A stretch of DNA of 64,000 bases from Batkoa obscura (Eukaryota), in contig JASVEC010000017.1 of the NCBI GenBank assembly GCA_030770535.1, positions 806,001-870,000 on the forward strand, given 5' to 3'. How positions within the stretch are numbered: the stretch's first letter is position 1; every line of letters starts with the position of its first letter. A model generated the notes under the pieces. The model was not told the origin of the DNA and ran no database searches. It saw only the letters and a program-made list of their open reading frames with translations. Shown here one piece after another: positions 39,769 to 54,558 of the stretch. The position numbers and the translations under genes were made by a program.

Positions 39769-40494
39769 AGGTACTATGATACTAAAATATCATTAAACAT
39801 TGATTACTATGGTATTAAAGAATATGCCTTTTAATCTTATCTTACATCAAAAGTAAAGTTAAATTATATTATTTTCTAGTCTTTAAACTATATTTTTATT
39901 TTTTTTAAATAGTGTTTTGATATAAAAACATTCCTCACTTACTCTAAGCTATTACCATAGTTATTAGCATTTAGTTCATTTGCTTTTATAAAAAAGTATA
40001 CACAAATAGTTTGTTAATTTTTACTATGTCAGCTACCCTAATATTTCATGTCTGAACAAAATTATAAAAAACATAATATAAAGCTATTAACTAAAAATAT
40101 TTAATTAAAATCAGAAGCCTAGGATTGAAAAACTTCTTTAGTTTTAGTCATTTTATTCCCTTCTACTTTCATTGTGCTATCCTGACATTTTTCAATACTT
40201 TTCAGTCTTTTTTTGATATTTTTCTTCCATTAATTTACTTGCGACTCATTGGCTCTTTTGAGTTTTAAAGAGATAATTTTCTATTCAAGTATTTTTCCTT
40301 TTTAGCCTTAAAATTTGAACAAATGGGTAATTAGATTGTTGGCTAGAAAAACATACAAATACATTAAATTCCCAGTTTTACATTAAAGCGTAGCTAATAG
40401 TACTAAAACAGTATGTTATTAGTTACCGAATAAAACTTTAACATGCAATATATTTTTTATTTTGATTAATATTTTTATAGATTATGATTAATAT

Positions 40495-40591
40495 GGAGAT
40501 GTGTTTTTTGTTTAAGAATTTTACTAATATCTTTCCACTCAAATAGCGCTTAAAAAATGGAAAAAAGCAATGAAACTAAAAAAACATCCCC
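40495..40591. mobile_element. MITE copy
   Basis: ATAT|GGAGATGT...ACATCCCC. Confidence 0.85.
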
Positions 40592-41299
40592 ATTATATAA
40601 ATTAAATTAGCTTTGTTATGTAAATTATAATTATTTTTTCAATTAATTTAAGCAATTATTATAATATAACTAGCTATTAAATTAATAGTAAACTAAAACT
40701 AAAATTAATTTTAAATGATATTATTAATAGTTTAATTTAATTTTTTTGGCTTTAAAATAATTTTTAAAAAAATTTAGTTAAAAAATTAGCTGAAATTAAA
40801 ATAATAATAATACTTAATGCAATTTTATTGTATAAAGTATCAAACATATAAATTAAATATTTTAAAACAGTTAATGATATTAAAAAACTAATAGAACTAA
40901 TACTAAGTTTTTAATAATTTAGATAAAAAAGTTTAATTAGTTATTATATTACATTTTAAAAAAAATAATAACTATTATAAATAAGCAAAATTACTAAAAA
41001 AACCTTACCTTAAACATTAAAAAAGTAGTTGATTAAATTTTATATAATAGTTTTGAAAGGTTTTATAGCTATTTTATTTTAAAATCTAAACATTGTCTAA
41101 AAAAACTATAATCTGTTGATAAATTCAAATTAAATTTAAGCTAAATAAATTTTAAGCTAAATAAAATTGTAAGTGTATTAATCTTGTGCAGTTTTTGAGT
41201 GATTTTTTTACCTAATAATTACTTAATTTTTTTTAAGCAATTAAGTTTTCATAAAAATGCGCCGAATTTTATTTAAAATTAAGCCATTTTTTTGAATGA

Positions 41300-41397
41300 T
41301 ATGATGTTTTTTTGGTTTCATCACTTTTTCCATCTTTTAAGCGCTATTTGAACGGAAAAATTCTTAATAAAATTCTTAAACACAAAAATACATCCCC
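41300..41397. mobile_element. MITE copy
   Basis: GATGTTTTTTTGGTTTCATCAC...ATACATCCCC. Confidence 0.8.
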
Positions 41398-41615
41398 AAT
41401 ACTTTATTTATTTTTGATTTTATTTTACATTTGTAAAATTTGAATTAATTTTTGCATTGGTTTGGAAGTTACCTATGACCCAACTTAAACGCAAAATGTT
41501 ATAATATCCAATACCCAATCAAATCATAAATGTAATGCTAACTTAGTATTTTGATTAATGAAAATATAAGAGAAGTAGCTTTTATCCTTCTTAATATTTT
41601 TTAAAATAAATAACA

Positions 41616-42995
41616 ATGTGCAGCAATTTCAAACTTCAACAGTTGGAACCAGGCATAATCAAATATATTTTACTTCATCTCCCAGATAAAGATAAAGTCA
41701 GCTTACTTGCCTGTTGTAAAAAGTGGAATAAAATAATAATGCCCATATTATGGGAAGATATGACTTCAAATTACCATAATGAGCACAAAGTAGAAATAAT
41801 GGAAACATTCAAAAAGTATAGCCATTATATTAAACGTTTAGACCTTAGAAAATTCTCAAAATCACACATTAATCCTTCACTATGTCCAAATAGTAGAAGC
41901 CTTTATTTACATTTAGATGTTTACTTAAAACATATAGAACAATTCAAAAGTATTCCACTAAGGGGCCTTTGGTATACAACATCCATTGGTAATACTACAA
42001 CTAAAAGGTATATATACGCAAATAAAATTAATATTGAAGAAGTAGTTAAAAATTTGAAACTTTTAACATTTGAAAATTTAGACTCTTACTTTGCAACATC
42101 AATAATACCAATTTTACCATCAACTATAGCTACTTTGGCAATTAATTTTAACTATGACAATGAATTTCCATACTTTAAAAATTTGATAAATAAATTAGAG
42201 GGTTTAAAGGAGCTTGAACTAAGTGAAATGGGCCTTGAGCTGGAAGAGTTTAGTTACTTTTTGAATAAGCAGTTGAAGCAATTAAAAAAGTTATATATCA
42301 AGCATATAGATGTAGAACCTTTAGATGATATATGCATAAATTTAACAAACTATCCAAGACTTGAAACGTTTTATTTTTATAAATTTTCTACACTTATATT
42401 TAATGGAGAATCAAATTTAAAAGAATTAACACTAAACGATGTTAGTCTAGCTAAAACAACCATAAATAATCAAATATTTCCAAGATTAAAGTTATTGAGT
42501 TTACGGAGTTGTTTTGATATTGAGCCTAAACATTTATATACAGTTTTTAATATGTCAACAATTACTTTTTTAAATTTATTAATATATGACAATCCAATAT
42601 ATGAAGATCCAATAGATCAAACTTCAATACTTTTAAGTAAAGAAATTTATCCAAAAAGTGTCAATAATATAATTACATTAAAAGTTGAACATTCATCATT
42701 AAAAAACAATTTTTTTGATTTTTTATATACATCATGTCATAATTTATATAACCTCGAAGTATCAAACTGCCACCTTGAAGTTGGTATACCATTTTCAAAC
42801 TATGAAAGAACGGGGAATTCCACTTTGACTAATGTAACATTCAAGCGCTTCAAATGTTCTAATTTTTTTGTTTTTATAGATTATTTTTTAGTACATTTTA
42901 AAAATATTAAATTTATTAAATTTATAGGTTTGGAAGATATGGGGTTTTATACAAAATATAAAGGCGATTCTAGATTCTTTTTCATTGAAAAGTAA
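41616..42995 (+). CDS. Intact intronless F-box / leucine-rich-repeat-like protein (459 aa)
   Basis: N-terminal F-box-like LEPGIIKYILLHLPDKDKVSLLACCKKW; repeated LxxLxL units (LKELEL, LKKLYI, LKELTL, FPRLKLLSL). Confidence 0.8.
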   Translation: MCSNFKLQQLEPGIIKYILLHLPDKDKVSLLACCKKWNKIIMPILWEDMTSNYHNEHKVEIMETFKKYSHYIKRLDLRKFSKSHINPSLCPNSRSLYLHLDVYLKHIEQFKSIPLRGLWYTTSIGNTTTKRYIYANKINIEEVVKNLKLLTFENLDSYFATSIIPILPSTIATLAINFNYDNEFPYFKNLINKLEGLKELELSEMGLELEEFSYFLNKQLKQLKKLYIKHIDVEPLDDICINLTNYPRLETFYFYKFSTLIFNGESNLKELTLNDVSLAKTTINNQIFPRLKLLSLRSCFDIEPKHLYTVFNMSTITFLNLLIYDNPIYEDPIDQTSILLSKEIYPKSVNNIITLKVEHSSLKNNFFDFLYTSCHNLYNLEVSNCHLEVGIPFSNYERTGNSTLTNVTFKRFKCSNFFVFIDYFLVHFKNIKFIKFIGLEDMGFYTKYKGDSRFFFIEK

Positions 42996-43209
42996 GCTAG
43001 TGGGAGACTATTTATCGTTTGATATTATATTATTTTATTATAAAATGGCGATTAATAATATTGATATTAAAAATAAAGCTAAATTAAATTATATATAAGC
43101 TTTTAATATATTTTCTGGCCTTTTAATTTGAATTTAATATTAAACTATAGTAGTATTTTTTAAATTATTTTATACTTTTTAAGCTTTAAATTTAAACAGA
43201 CTATTATTT

Positions 43210-43307
43210 GGGGATGTATTTTTTTGTTTAGAATTTTACTAACAATCTTTCCACTCAAATAGCGCTTAAAAAATAGAAAAAGCAATGAAATCAAAAAAAA
43301 CACTCCC
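43210..43307. mobile_element. MITE with ATTT TSD
   Basis: ATTT|GGGGATGT...ACACTCCC|ATTT; followed by what looks like another MITE-end remnant (..AAAACATCCCAATAT). Confidence 0.85.
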
Positions 43308-43454
43308 ATTTAAAGTACAAAAAACATCCCAATATGATATTTTTAAATCTTTGTATTAAATCATTAATAAGAGTTTAATATATTATATAATATGTTATTT
43401 TGATTATACACAAAATAATAGATAGTCATTTTTGTTAATCCTTTTTAAATAGTA

Positions 43455-45039
43455 ATGAGCAACAGTTTGAATTTGAGAATTTGTAAATAAGTAATACTAA
43501 AGAAATACTCTACCATCTCTCAGACAAAGATAAAATCAAGCTACTGGCTTGTTATAAAGAACGGAATAGTCTAATAGTACCAATTGTATGGGATGTCATA
43601 ACCTCAGATTGCTGTCACAAATACAAAAATGAGGAAAGCCTTTGAGAAAATAGTTATTATACTAAATGCTTAGAACTTAAAAGATTTTTGAAAGCCAATG
43701 TTTATCCTTCATCGTACTCGAATAGTAGGAACCATTGTTTGCCTTTATATACTTATTTAAAACATATGTAACACTTCAAAAGTATTACATTAAAATGTCT
43801 CCATTATATATTTTTATTGGTGATATGGCAACTGAGAAATATATACATGCAAATAAAGTTAACATTGACGAAGTCTTTCAAGATGTAAAATATTTGGAGG
43901 CCAATAGTACTAATTTTACTACCAACTATTACTCCGCTCGTTGAAATTATTTATTATCAGCAAAATGCCACACTTTAAAAAGCTATTTAATAAACCTAGC
44001 CATTTGAAGATATTTGGATTAAGCACTGTTCTTTCTTTTAAGGAATTTAACTTTTTATTGAACAAACACTTTCCACAGACAAAGACGTCAACTATTCAAT
44101 ACACAAATATAGAAAGTGTAAAAGAGATATGTATAGATTTAAACAATTGTCGCAGCTTGGAGCATTCCGTATTTTAAGATATTACAAATTAATATTTATT
44201 GGGGTATCAAACTTAAAAACCTTGATAATAACTAGCATTAATTTATCCAATACAATCATAAACAATAAAAAAAATTCCCAAAATTGAGTCAACTAGGTTT
44301 CATTAAGTGTGATGAACTTCTATCTGAACTTTTATATATAATACTTAACATCAACAATTACTTATTTAAATTTATTGATATACGACAATTCATTGTTTTT
44401 AATTACAGAAATTTTTTTCAGACAAAAAGATATTCAAAGAAATAATGGAAAAAATTTCTTTATTCAATCCGTTGAATTAATTAATCTGGTCCCTATGGTA
44501 TGGTCTAGTCATGGTCTGATTTATTTATTTTTATGTCAGATAAATAAAATACTTAGACTTCGGCTTTTCAAGAAGTTAAAAAAATTGTGGAAATTTATCC
44601 GAAAATAGATAACAATATGAAGATGTTTTTTTTGGCTTTGTTATTTTTTCTATTTTTTAAGCGCTATTTGAGTGGAAAGATTGTTAGTAAAATTCTAAAC
44701 AAAAAAATACATCACCATATAATAACTTAGAAGGTTCAAAAGTTGACTTCAGGTCTTTAATTCTTTAATTTTTCACATATATGATGCTCCAATTTATACA
44801 ACCTTGAAGTAACTAGCTGTAGTTTTAAAACTAGTATGTTATTTTCAAGTAATATAACAGTAAGAAGTTATAATTTAGCAAACTCTAGATTCAAGTACAC
44901 TATTCAGCTAAAGTTGAATATTTTCATCGATTATATTATACTGCATTTTAAAAGTATAAAATTTTTTAGGTTTGTAGGTTTAAAAGATATGAATATGCAT
45001 ACAAAATATAAAAATAATGTTAGCTTCATTTTTATTTAA
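43455..45039 (+). pseudogene. F-box/LRR-like pseudogene, tandem to 41616-42995
   Basis: Collinear fragments (YIHANKVNIDEV, EIYPK, HFKSIKFFRFVGL) with many stops and frameshifts. Confidence 0.78.
44619..44716. mobile_element. MITE with perfect ATAT TSD
   Basis: ATAT|GAAGATGT...ACATCACC|ATAT. Confidence 0.9.
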
Positions 45040-46241
45040 AGCAAGCTGACATAATATTGTTCATCATCTAATAGCATGTTATAAAGCTTAAAATAGCACT
45101 TAATATATCTTTTTTTAAAAGCCAGAACTCACAATTTAGCTTTACTTCCTTCAGCTTAGCCTTTTACTCCCTTTTTATATCCTACTGCTTTGTGCCTTGC
45201 TATATTTAGTCACTCTTATTTTACTATTAGAAATAAATCGTTTAGAGTTCATTGACATGTTTAAATTATTAGAAACAAAGCCATTTTAACCCGCTTTTAA
45301 ATTTACTTTATTTGATTCATATGTAGTTAATATTATCTGCTTTTACATATAATAAACTCTATTATTTATGTTAAACAAATTTAAACTTAAGAGTGGAAAA
45401 AGAAATTTTATTATCATGATGTGATTTCGAATAGCTAAACTATAGATAAAGTACAATTTTGAATAAAAATATTTAGAGCAGCACTCATTATACTATCAAA
45501 TCCTATAGTATAAAAGCTCATTTATTCTAAACCTTAATAGATTGTTTTTATTCATTAAAAGGTTCTTAATGGAGAAGTGAAGTTCGCTTTTTGAAAGACT
45601 GTCAAAAAAGTAAATTTGGAAGGCATGTTTTTGTAAGAATTACCTAATAATTTTTTAAATTCTGTATCTACAAAAGTGGTCAAGATATCGAAACAAAAAT
45701 GACACTAACGTTTATAAACAGCTCCTGTCTCGTCAAAATACTATTATAAGTTCCTTTGCTTTTTTAATGTAATGTTTACAAAGCTTTTGGTCTTTTAAAT
45801 ACCAAACAGTTAATATTATATAAACTTGAATACTGTGATTATTAATAATTATAAATATATGAATCTCTAGAACTTTTACAAATTATAATTTAACCTTAGT
45901 TAAATTAGAAGTCAAACAAACTAAATTTAAACTAAGCCAATGAGACGTAGACACTACTCAATTGCCAGGCCAATAAAGTTTACAAGTGAAACCTGAGTAA
46001 ATTCGATTTTCAATTTCAAAAATTCCCTATAAGCAAGGGTAATAAAAACCGTTTAAACATAAAATTTGCAATCTATTTTTACTGAGTAAATTAACTTCCC
46101 CAAAAATTCGGTAACTCATTTAATTTGATACATATTTTATCATCTAGTTAAAACTTGAATTAAACTGTCCAGCAGATTCAAACTTGAATTTTTTTAATTA
46201 ATTCTATCATTTTAACTTAAAACTTAGGGTTATACTTAAAC

Positions 46242-47691
46242 ATGGGCCAAACTTTATCCGCTCCCGTTACTGAAAAACATACCACTAATGGTTCAAATAA
46301 CCGCTTTATATACGGTGCTTCCGCTATGCAAGGCTGGAGAGTTTGTAAGCAAAAAAGTAGCTGTATTATGCACTAGCTAACGTTTCTCTATTTAGCTATG
46401 GAAGACGCTCATACCACGCTTTTAAATTTGAAAGAGGATAGCATTATGGGTTTCTTTGCTGTATTTGATGGCCATGGTGGTAAGTTTATAACTCATTTAT
46501 ATAGTTGTTTTAATAAAAAAAATCAAAGGGCAAAGTGCAGCTAAGTTTGCTGGTGTTCATTTAGCTGAAAGAATTCAAAAAGATCCTGGATTTTCTAAAG
46601 GAGAATATTTAACTGCTATCAAAGGTGGTTACCTTGGTCTTGACTATGATCTTAAGACAGGTTTACTTTTACTAATAATTATACTATGATTTGGCTAATT
46701 TTATATACCATCAGATCCTGATTTCTTAGAAGATGTTTCTGGATGTACTGCAGTATGCGCTTTAATAACCGATGATAACAGAATTTTTGTTGTAAGTAAT
46801 TATGGGTAGACAAAATAGTAAAGCTAATCATTTTAAGGGAAATGCTGGGGATTCTAGAGCTGTACTCAGTTCAAATGGAATCGTTAAAGAATTATCTTTT
46901 GATCATAAGCCTACCAATCCTAGTATACTTTTCTAAAGTCTATTTTAAAATAATTCTAATTATTTTTTAGCTGAACATGATAGAATCTATCAAGCTGGAG
47001 GCTTTGTTGAATATGGAAGAGTTAATGGTATGTTATAGTATGATATAATTACAGATTATTAAAATGATAAAAGGAAACCTTGCGTTATCTAGAGCAATTG
47101 GGGATTTTGAATTTAAACAAAACATGAGATTACCCGCTGAAGAACAAGCAGTAACTGGTAAAACAATCAATTAAATTAATAATCGTTTTAATATCTATTA
47201 GCCAACCCTGATATTACTGAACATAAAATTACTGACGAAGATGAGTTTATTGTTATTGCTTGTGATGGTAAAAACGAGATTCTCTATTTTTTATTAAGAC
47301 TAATCGCTTAAAAGGTATTTGGGATTGTATGACTTCGCAAGAAGTAATCACGTTTGTTCGTGAACGTTTAGCTAAAGGGGACGAGATATCCAAAGTTGCT
47401 GAGGACCTTATGGACAACTGTTTAGCACCAGCTAGTGATTACGGAGGCCTTGGATGTGATAACATGACAGTAGTTATTGTCGGACTTCTTAATGGAAATA
47501 GCGTAGAAGAATGGCAAAAAAGAATTGCAAATAGGACTCCAATAGCAGTGCCATCTACTGAGTCAGTCGTTGAAGAAGTTAAACTTGAAAGCGAAAATGA
47601 AGGATCAAGCAGCACAGAGCAGGTAGAAGATACTAACACCACCCAAAGCGAGGCTGTTAAGCAAGAGCCTGAAATCAAACAAGAGGAATGA
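46242..47691 (+). CDS. PTC2: Protein phosphatase 2C (Ptc2/Ptc3 type), ~9 exons
   Basis: [62 protein letters not shown] and GCDNMT. Confidence 0.92.
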
Positions 47692-48620
47692 TCACAAGAA
47701 CAACTTTTTAATATCCGGAATAACGATTCATATAAAAGATTAGAAAATCGTGCTAAATTACGTAATTTACTTGCCATATTTTTAAATAGTGAGATTTTTG
47801 CACCAAACTTTATCATTAATGTCATTAACTTTAAATTTTGTGGTACTGAAACTATTTTTTGATTTTTTTTACGATTGTTTTTTGTTTTAGAATAAGTATA
47901 ATTTAAGCTAATAGTAAACTACATAAACACACTAATAGAGTTTAAACTAATAGTATAATTGTAAAGAAAATAATAATGTCAAAAAGTGTACTAAAGTTAA
48001 AAATACTTTCAAAATGATTTTTTTAAACATAGTTATAAAAACAAATACTAGTTACATATAGTTTAGATTGACAATCTTTATTGTAAGAATAAATTAATTA
48101 ACTGTTAAATATAGAAAAAACATTTGCTTATAACTTTAGTAGAATTACATACTATAGTTAATATTGTATTAATAAAGTGTTATTGTAAATATGTGTATAC
48201 TAACATTTTTATTTTTTATAAAAATTGATTTCAAAAACTTTGCTAATTAAAGCTCATTTTTAGATGCTATTTAATAAGCAGTTTATAATCGTCATTAACT
48301 AGATTTTAAAATTATAGTAATAGTGTAACAACTAAAGAGGTTATATATAGTAATTTACCATGTTAGATATTTGATCTCAATTAACTCAAATAAAGTTAAA
48401 TATAAATTGTTTTAATTTATAAATATATTATTCTAAACTATTGTTTTTATTATAATGGATACCATGGAAAATATCTTATCACACTATCACACACTAATTC
48501 AGCTATTAAACTTCCCACATTTAAAATAGTATGAAACAAGCTCCATTTAAAGAATAAAACACAAGTTTAAGAATATAAAAAAAAGCTCGCAAAAATGACT
48601 ATGCAATTCTTTGATTTAAA

Positions 48621-50581
<1,961 letters not shown>

Positions 50582-51180
50582 TAGACATTGTAGTAGCCCA
50601 GCTAGCTGGTTTATATTAATATACATTAAATAATAGCTGTACATTTGCTCAATAAAAATAAGTAACTACAACTAAAAATTATTAGGTTAGTTGTGTGGTA
50701 GTGCTATTGACCCTTATCAGATAAAACAATATTGTAATATTAGCTATAAAAACTTTATACTGGTTATAATTTGATAAAGTAAACTTATAAGCTAAACTAA
50801 ATCAAAAGGTATGAATAAAAATGTAAATAAACATACTAAGCTTAATTACAATGTGCTGTTTAAAAATTGGAATTTTTAAATCTTAATTCAGTTTTGATAT
50901 TGGATGGTATTTATAATAGAAGGTAAAATGAAATGACAATAAAACTTGTAATATTTTATCACTAAATTTAGAATCAGATAGGGTATTTTCGATGAAATAA
51001 AAAACCGAGTTTTATGGTCCTTGGTAAATGCGATTAAGTGTAGTCATTTGAGCCATGCTACGATCTAGGAGATGAATATTAAACTTGGTGTCGGCATCAC
51101 TGTCGAATTTAATGTGGGTATTTTTATATGATTTGTTCATATGCCTTTTTGATGTAATTATCAGTTTTGTTCTATAATAT

Positions 51181-51277
51181 GGGGGTGTTTTTTATTATTA
51201 TCACTTTTCCCATTTTTTAAGCGCTATTTCAGCGGAAAGATTGTTAGTAAAATTTTTAAACAAAAAAATACATCCCC
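51181..51277. mobile_element. MITE copy
   Basis: ATAT|GGGGGTGT...ACATCCCC|ATCT. Confidence 0.85.
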
Positions 51278-51424
51278 ATCTTTTATAAATGGTTTTTATT
51301 TTTAATAGTTTTCCATAATATTAAATATTTTGATTTTAAGAGTATTTTCATAATATATATATAATAACACTCAAGAAAAACTTATTTTTATACTATTTAT
51401 TATATTCATTTATCAATACCAACT

Positions 51425-51521
51425 GGGGATGTATTCTTTTGTTCAAGGATCTTACTAATAATTTTTTAACTCAAATAGTGCTTAAAAATCGAAAAAGTGA
51501 TGATACTAAAAAAACACTCCT
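51425..51521. mobile_element. Older MITE copy, inverted relative to 51181-51277
   Basis: AACT|GGGGATGT...ACACTCCT|AATT. Confidence 0.75.
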
Positions 51522-51782
51522 AATTGTTTATATTTTCAGATTTTATCTAAGTCAGTATTTATTAGTATTCAAAACTAGATTTTAATTTCAAAAATAGTTC
51601 TTAGTGTTATGAATTATATCTATTACACAATTCAATACTATTTAAATTCCACCTTAACATAACAGCTATCATAAACAAATATAATAATTACTCTGAAGTA
51701 TAATAAAAATAAAACTTGAATAGATTTACTTAATTTATTCTTAAAAGATATTACAATTAACAAGCAGATAGTTAGCTAAGAT

Positions 51783-53057
51783 TTAATTCTTTGGTGGATT
51801 AATATAGAGCAACTTGTTTGGAGACTTTTTAGGGATATCGTTAAGAGTATCTTTGATAGCAAGATCAATAAGCTTCTTTTTAAGTTCAGATGGAGAAGGT
51901 ATTTTTTCTTCAAGTGATAAAAGGTAGGCAAGGGCACCAGCTACATGTGGGGAAGCCATTGAAGTTCCGGAGATAGTGTTAGTAGCAGATTTGCTTCCAC
52001 GCCAGATAGAGTCAATGTCTTTACCTGGGGCGAAGATGTCAGTACAGTCACCCCAGTTGGAGAACCATGCACGTTCATCATTAATAGTAGTGGCACCAAC
52101 AGTGACTGCGTTTTCAGCAGAAGCTGGTGAATAGTTACAGGCATCTTCATCATCATTACCAGCAGCAACAGCAAAGTTAAGTCCGGAATCAACAGCAGCA
52201 TTAACGGCTTGATTTAAAGCGCGAGAATATCCACCACCGAGGGACATATTGGCAACACTACCTTTATGAGTTTTACCGCTCTTCCTTGCTTGACGTTCTT
52301 CTTCTTTAGCAGCCTTGGCAGCCCATTCAACCCCCTTGACTACATCTGACATTGAACCTGAACCATTGGAACGAAGTACTTTGACGGCAACAACCTTTGC
52401 TTTCTTGGCTACACCATATCTTTTACCGGCAATGGTACCAGCGCAATGAGAACCGTGACCATTACCATCCTCATCTGGATCACCTTGTGGGATAGTAGCG
52501 CCCCATTCGGCACGTCCTTCAAAATCTTCATGTTGGTAGTTTACACCTGTATCAATTACATAAGCAGTGACATTGGCTCCTGCTCTTTCATCATAAATAT
52601 ATTTGTTAAAAGTACCGAAAGAAAGGTGATCTACATGGGAAATACGGGCTAAACCCCATGGTGCACCTCTTTCAAGTTTATTAGTGCGCACAATTGAATC
52701 TTGTTCAACGTAATCGACTTCTGGAGAGCGACGGATTAAATCGACAAGTTCTTTGTCAAATTTTCCAGAGTATCCGTTTAATTCATTATGGTAATAAACG
52801 TGATTTAATTTGTTAGTGTTAGCCTTACCGGTTAACGAGTTGGCCTTAGTGATCATACTGTTAAGGGTATTGAAATGACCATCGATAGCATTGAATTTGG
52901 CATTATTCTTAAACATTACAATATAATGATCAGGAATAGCCTCATTCTTTGGGAGGTGGATGGAGGTTAAAAATTCTTCAGCAACATCAAAGATATCAGC
53001 TAAAGAAACGGAGGAGAATAAAATAGTTGTGAGTGTAAAAGCGTGGTTAAATTTCAT
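51783..53057 (-). CDS. Subtilisin-like S8 serine protease (proteinase K/cerevisin type) with signal peptide and I9 prodomain; intronless
   Basis: Catalytic triad motifs YVIDTG, GHGSHCAG and SGTSMASPHVAG; APWGLARIS. Confidence 0.95.
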   Translation of the reverse strand: MKFNHAFTLTTILFSSVSLADIFDVAEEFLTSIHLPKNEAIPDHYIVMFKNNAKFNAIDGHFNTLNSMITKANSLTGKANTNKLNHVYYHNELNGYSGKFDKELVDLIRRSPEVDYVEQDSIVRTNKLERGAPWGLARISHVDHLSFGTFNKYIYDERAGANVTAYVIDTGVNYQHEDFEGRAEWGATIPQGDPDEDGNGHGSHCAGTIAGKRYGVAKKAKVVAVKVLRSNGSGSMSDVVKGVEWAAKAAKEEERQARKSGKTHKGSVANMSLGGGYSRALNQAVNAAVDSGLNFAVAAGNDDEDACNYSPASAENAVTVGATTINDERAWFSNWGDCTDIFAPGKDIDSIWRGSKSATNTISGTSMASPHVAGALAYLLSLEEKIPSPSELKKKLIDLAIKDTLNDIPKKSPNKLLYINPPKN

Positions 53058-54014
53058 TACAAAAAAAAACAAATAAAACTTTCAATTAAAGGATAAGTTC
53101 TACTTTTTATACTCCACTTTTGCTTGGTTAGGTTTTCTATGTGACGTCTTATTTGCATTAATTTTCTAACCCCTCAATAGCGAAATATGATTGGTAGTTA
53201 ATGAAATTTCTCTCCATTTTGGTGGATTACAATGCTTTTTAAATCAGCTGATTTTATTTAGCTGAGTATTGACCCCTACCTTGAAATTTCAATTGATTTT
53301 GCATTGCCGATAGACATCAAAAGCTTAGTTGTAAACCCTTAAATTAAAAGAAGGGAGTCTTCATAACAGCTAAGGAATACACATGACCTTAGGTTTAATT
53401 TATCACTTAATCCTGAAGGTGTATTATTGCTTGTTAACAAGGTTCAATATTATAAAGGTTAATAGTATGATTATATTTATAATCAAACAATCTATTATTA
53501 GCCGAAAACAATTAATCCGTTGCTAGGATTATTATATATTACTCATATGGTTTAAGCATTATTATACTACCAATTAATTTAAATAATTTAAATTTTAAAA
53601 TACAACTAATGATTGAAATACGTATAAGAGATAACTTGAAACATCTTCGTCTTATCAAAACCACTAAACTTTAATTAAATAATGCTTTATAAATATATTT
53701 TAGTTATAAGCATAATATCTTAAATATAATTTTATTAACTCTACTTTATTTCAATAAAGGATAGCATCAAGCTCATACATACATTATCTAACCCAACACC
53801 ATTTTACTATAGTATATCAAAACTCTAATTTTAATTAGCTTAAATATTTAACCTGAAATACTCTACTAAAGTTATTACAACCTTGATTGAAATTTAGGTT
53901 ACTTGTTTCAGAACAATTTTTAAATTCAATCTAAAAATTTTTGCCAATCATTTTAGTTCAAAATATTAACTTTTTTAATACCTTTTTTACAATTTTTCAT
54001 TCAACTCTAAAAAA

Positions 54015-54473
54015 ATGGACGAAACTATTCAAAAAGGTAGCTAGCAATATAATACCTTGTAACAAATGGATTTATATTAAAAGCGAAATATAGAAACCGG
54101 AGTAAGTAAAATTATGACTGAATTATGGGAGTCTATAATTGTAGGTGGTGTAAATAACTCTGTAATGTTGATTATGAATCTTAGCTTTTTATTCCTACTC
54201 CTCTCATTATTGCTACTTTTATATGTCACTTCCGGAAATTATCATGTCATGGGACTAATATTTATTGGTGTTTGCCTATTTGCATCTATTAATTGGTAAA
54301 TAATAATTTTCAACATCTTAAAATTTTAATTTACATATAGGTTTATATTTGAAATGAATGTGATTAAAGCTAAGGAAATAAACGAAAAGATTCAAAATGA
54401 GGAAAAAGCTGAAGTGAAACCAACTAAAAATGAAAAGAAAAATTTAAAAAAAAGAAGCAAAAAGGCTCCATGA
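54015..54473 (+). CDS. PKR1: ER V-ATPase assembly factor Pkr1-like protein, 3 exons
   Basis: ELWESI...two TM helices with H...SINW|FIFE, followed by a charged tail; GT-AG introns keep frame. Confidence 0.7.
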
Positions 54474-54558
54474 ATAAAGAAAAGACACATAAATTTAATG
54501 TTCATTTTTTAATATAATACTTTTATCATAGGCTATAATTTGGATAATGTTAAACTAT

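Noticed and set aside
40495..41397. Two inverted MITEs enclosing very AT-rich DNA as a composite transposon
   Set aside because: The outer flanks do not form a TSD, and similarity to the paralogous intergenic region seems to continue past the first MITE.
46923..46970. PP2C intron beginning GTATACTTT as a second U12 intron
   Set aside because: It mismatches the GTATCC core and has no TCCTTAAC-like branch site; treated as U2-type.
50980..51150. GC-richer patch as a snRNA, snoRNA or tRNA
   Set aside because: No recognisable conserved boxes or cloverleaf; an Rfam scan would be needed.
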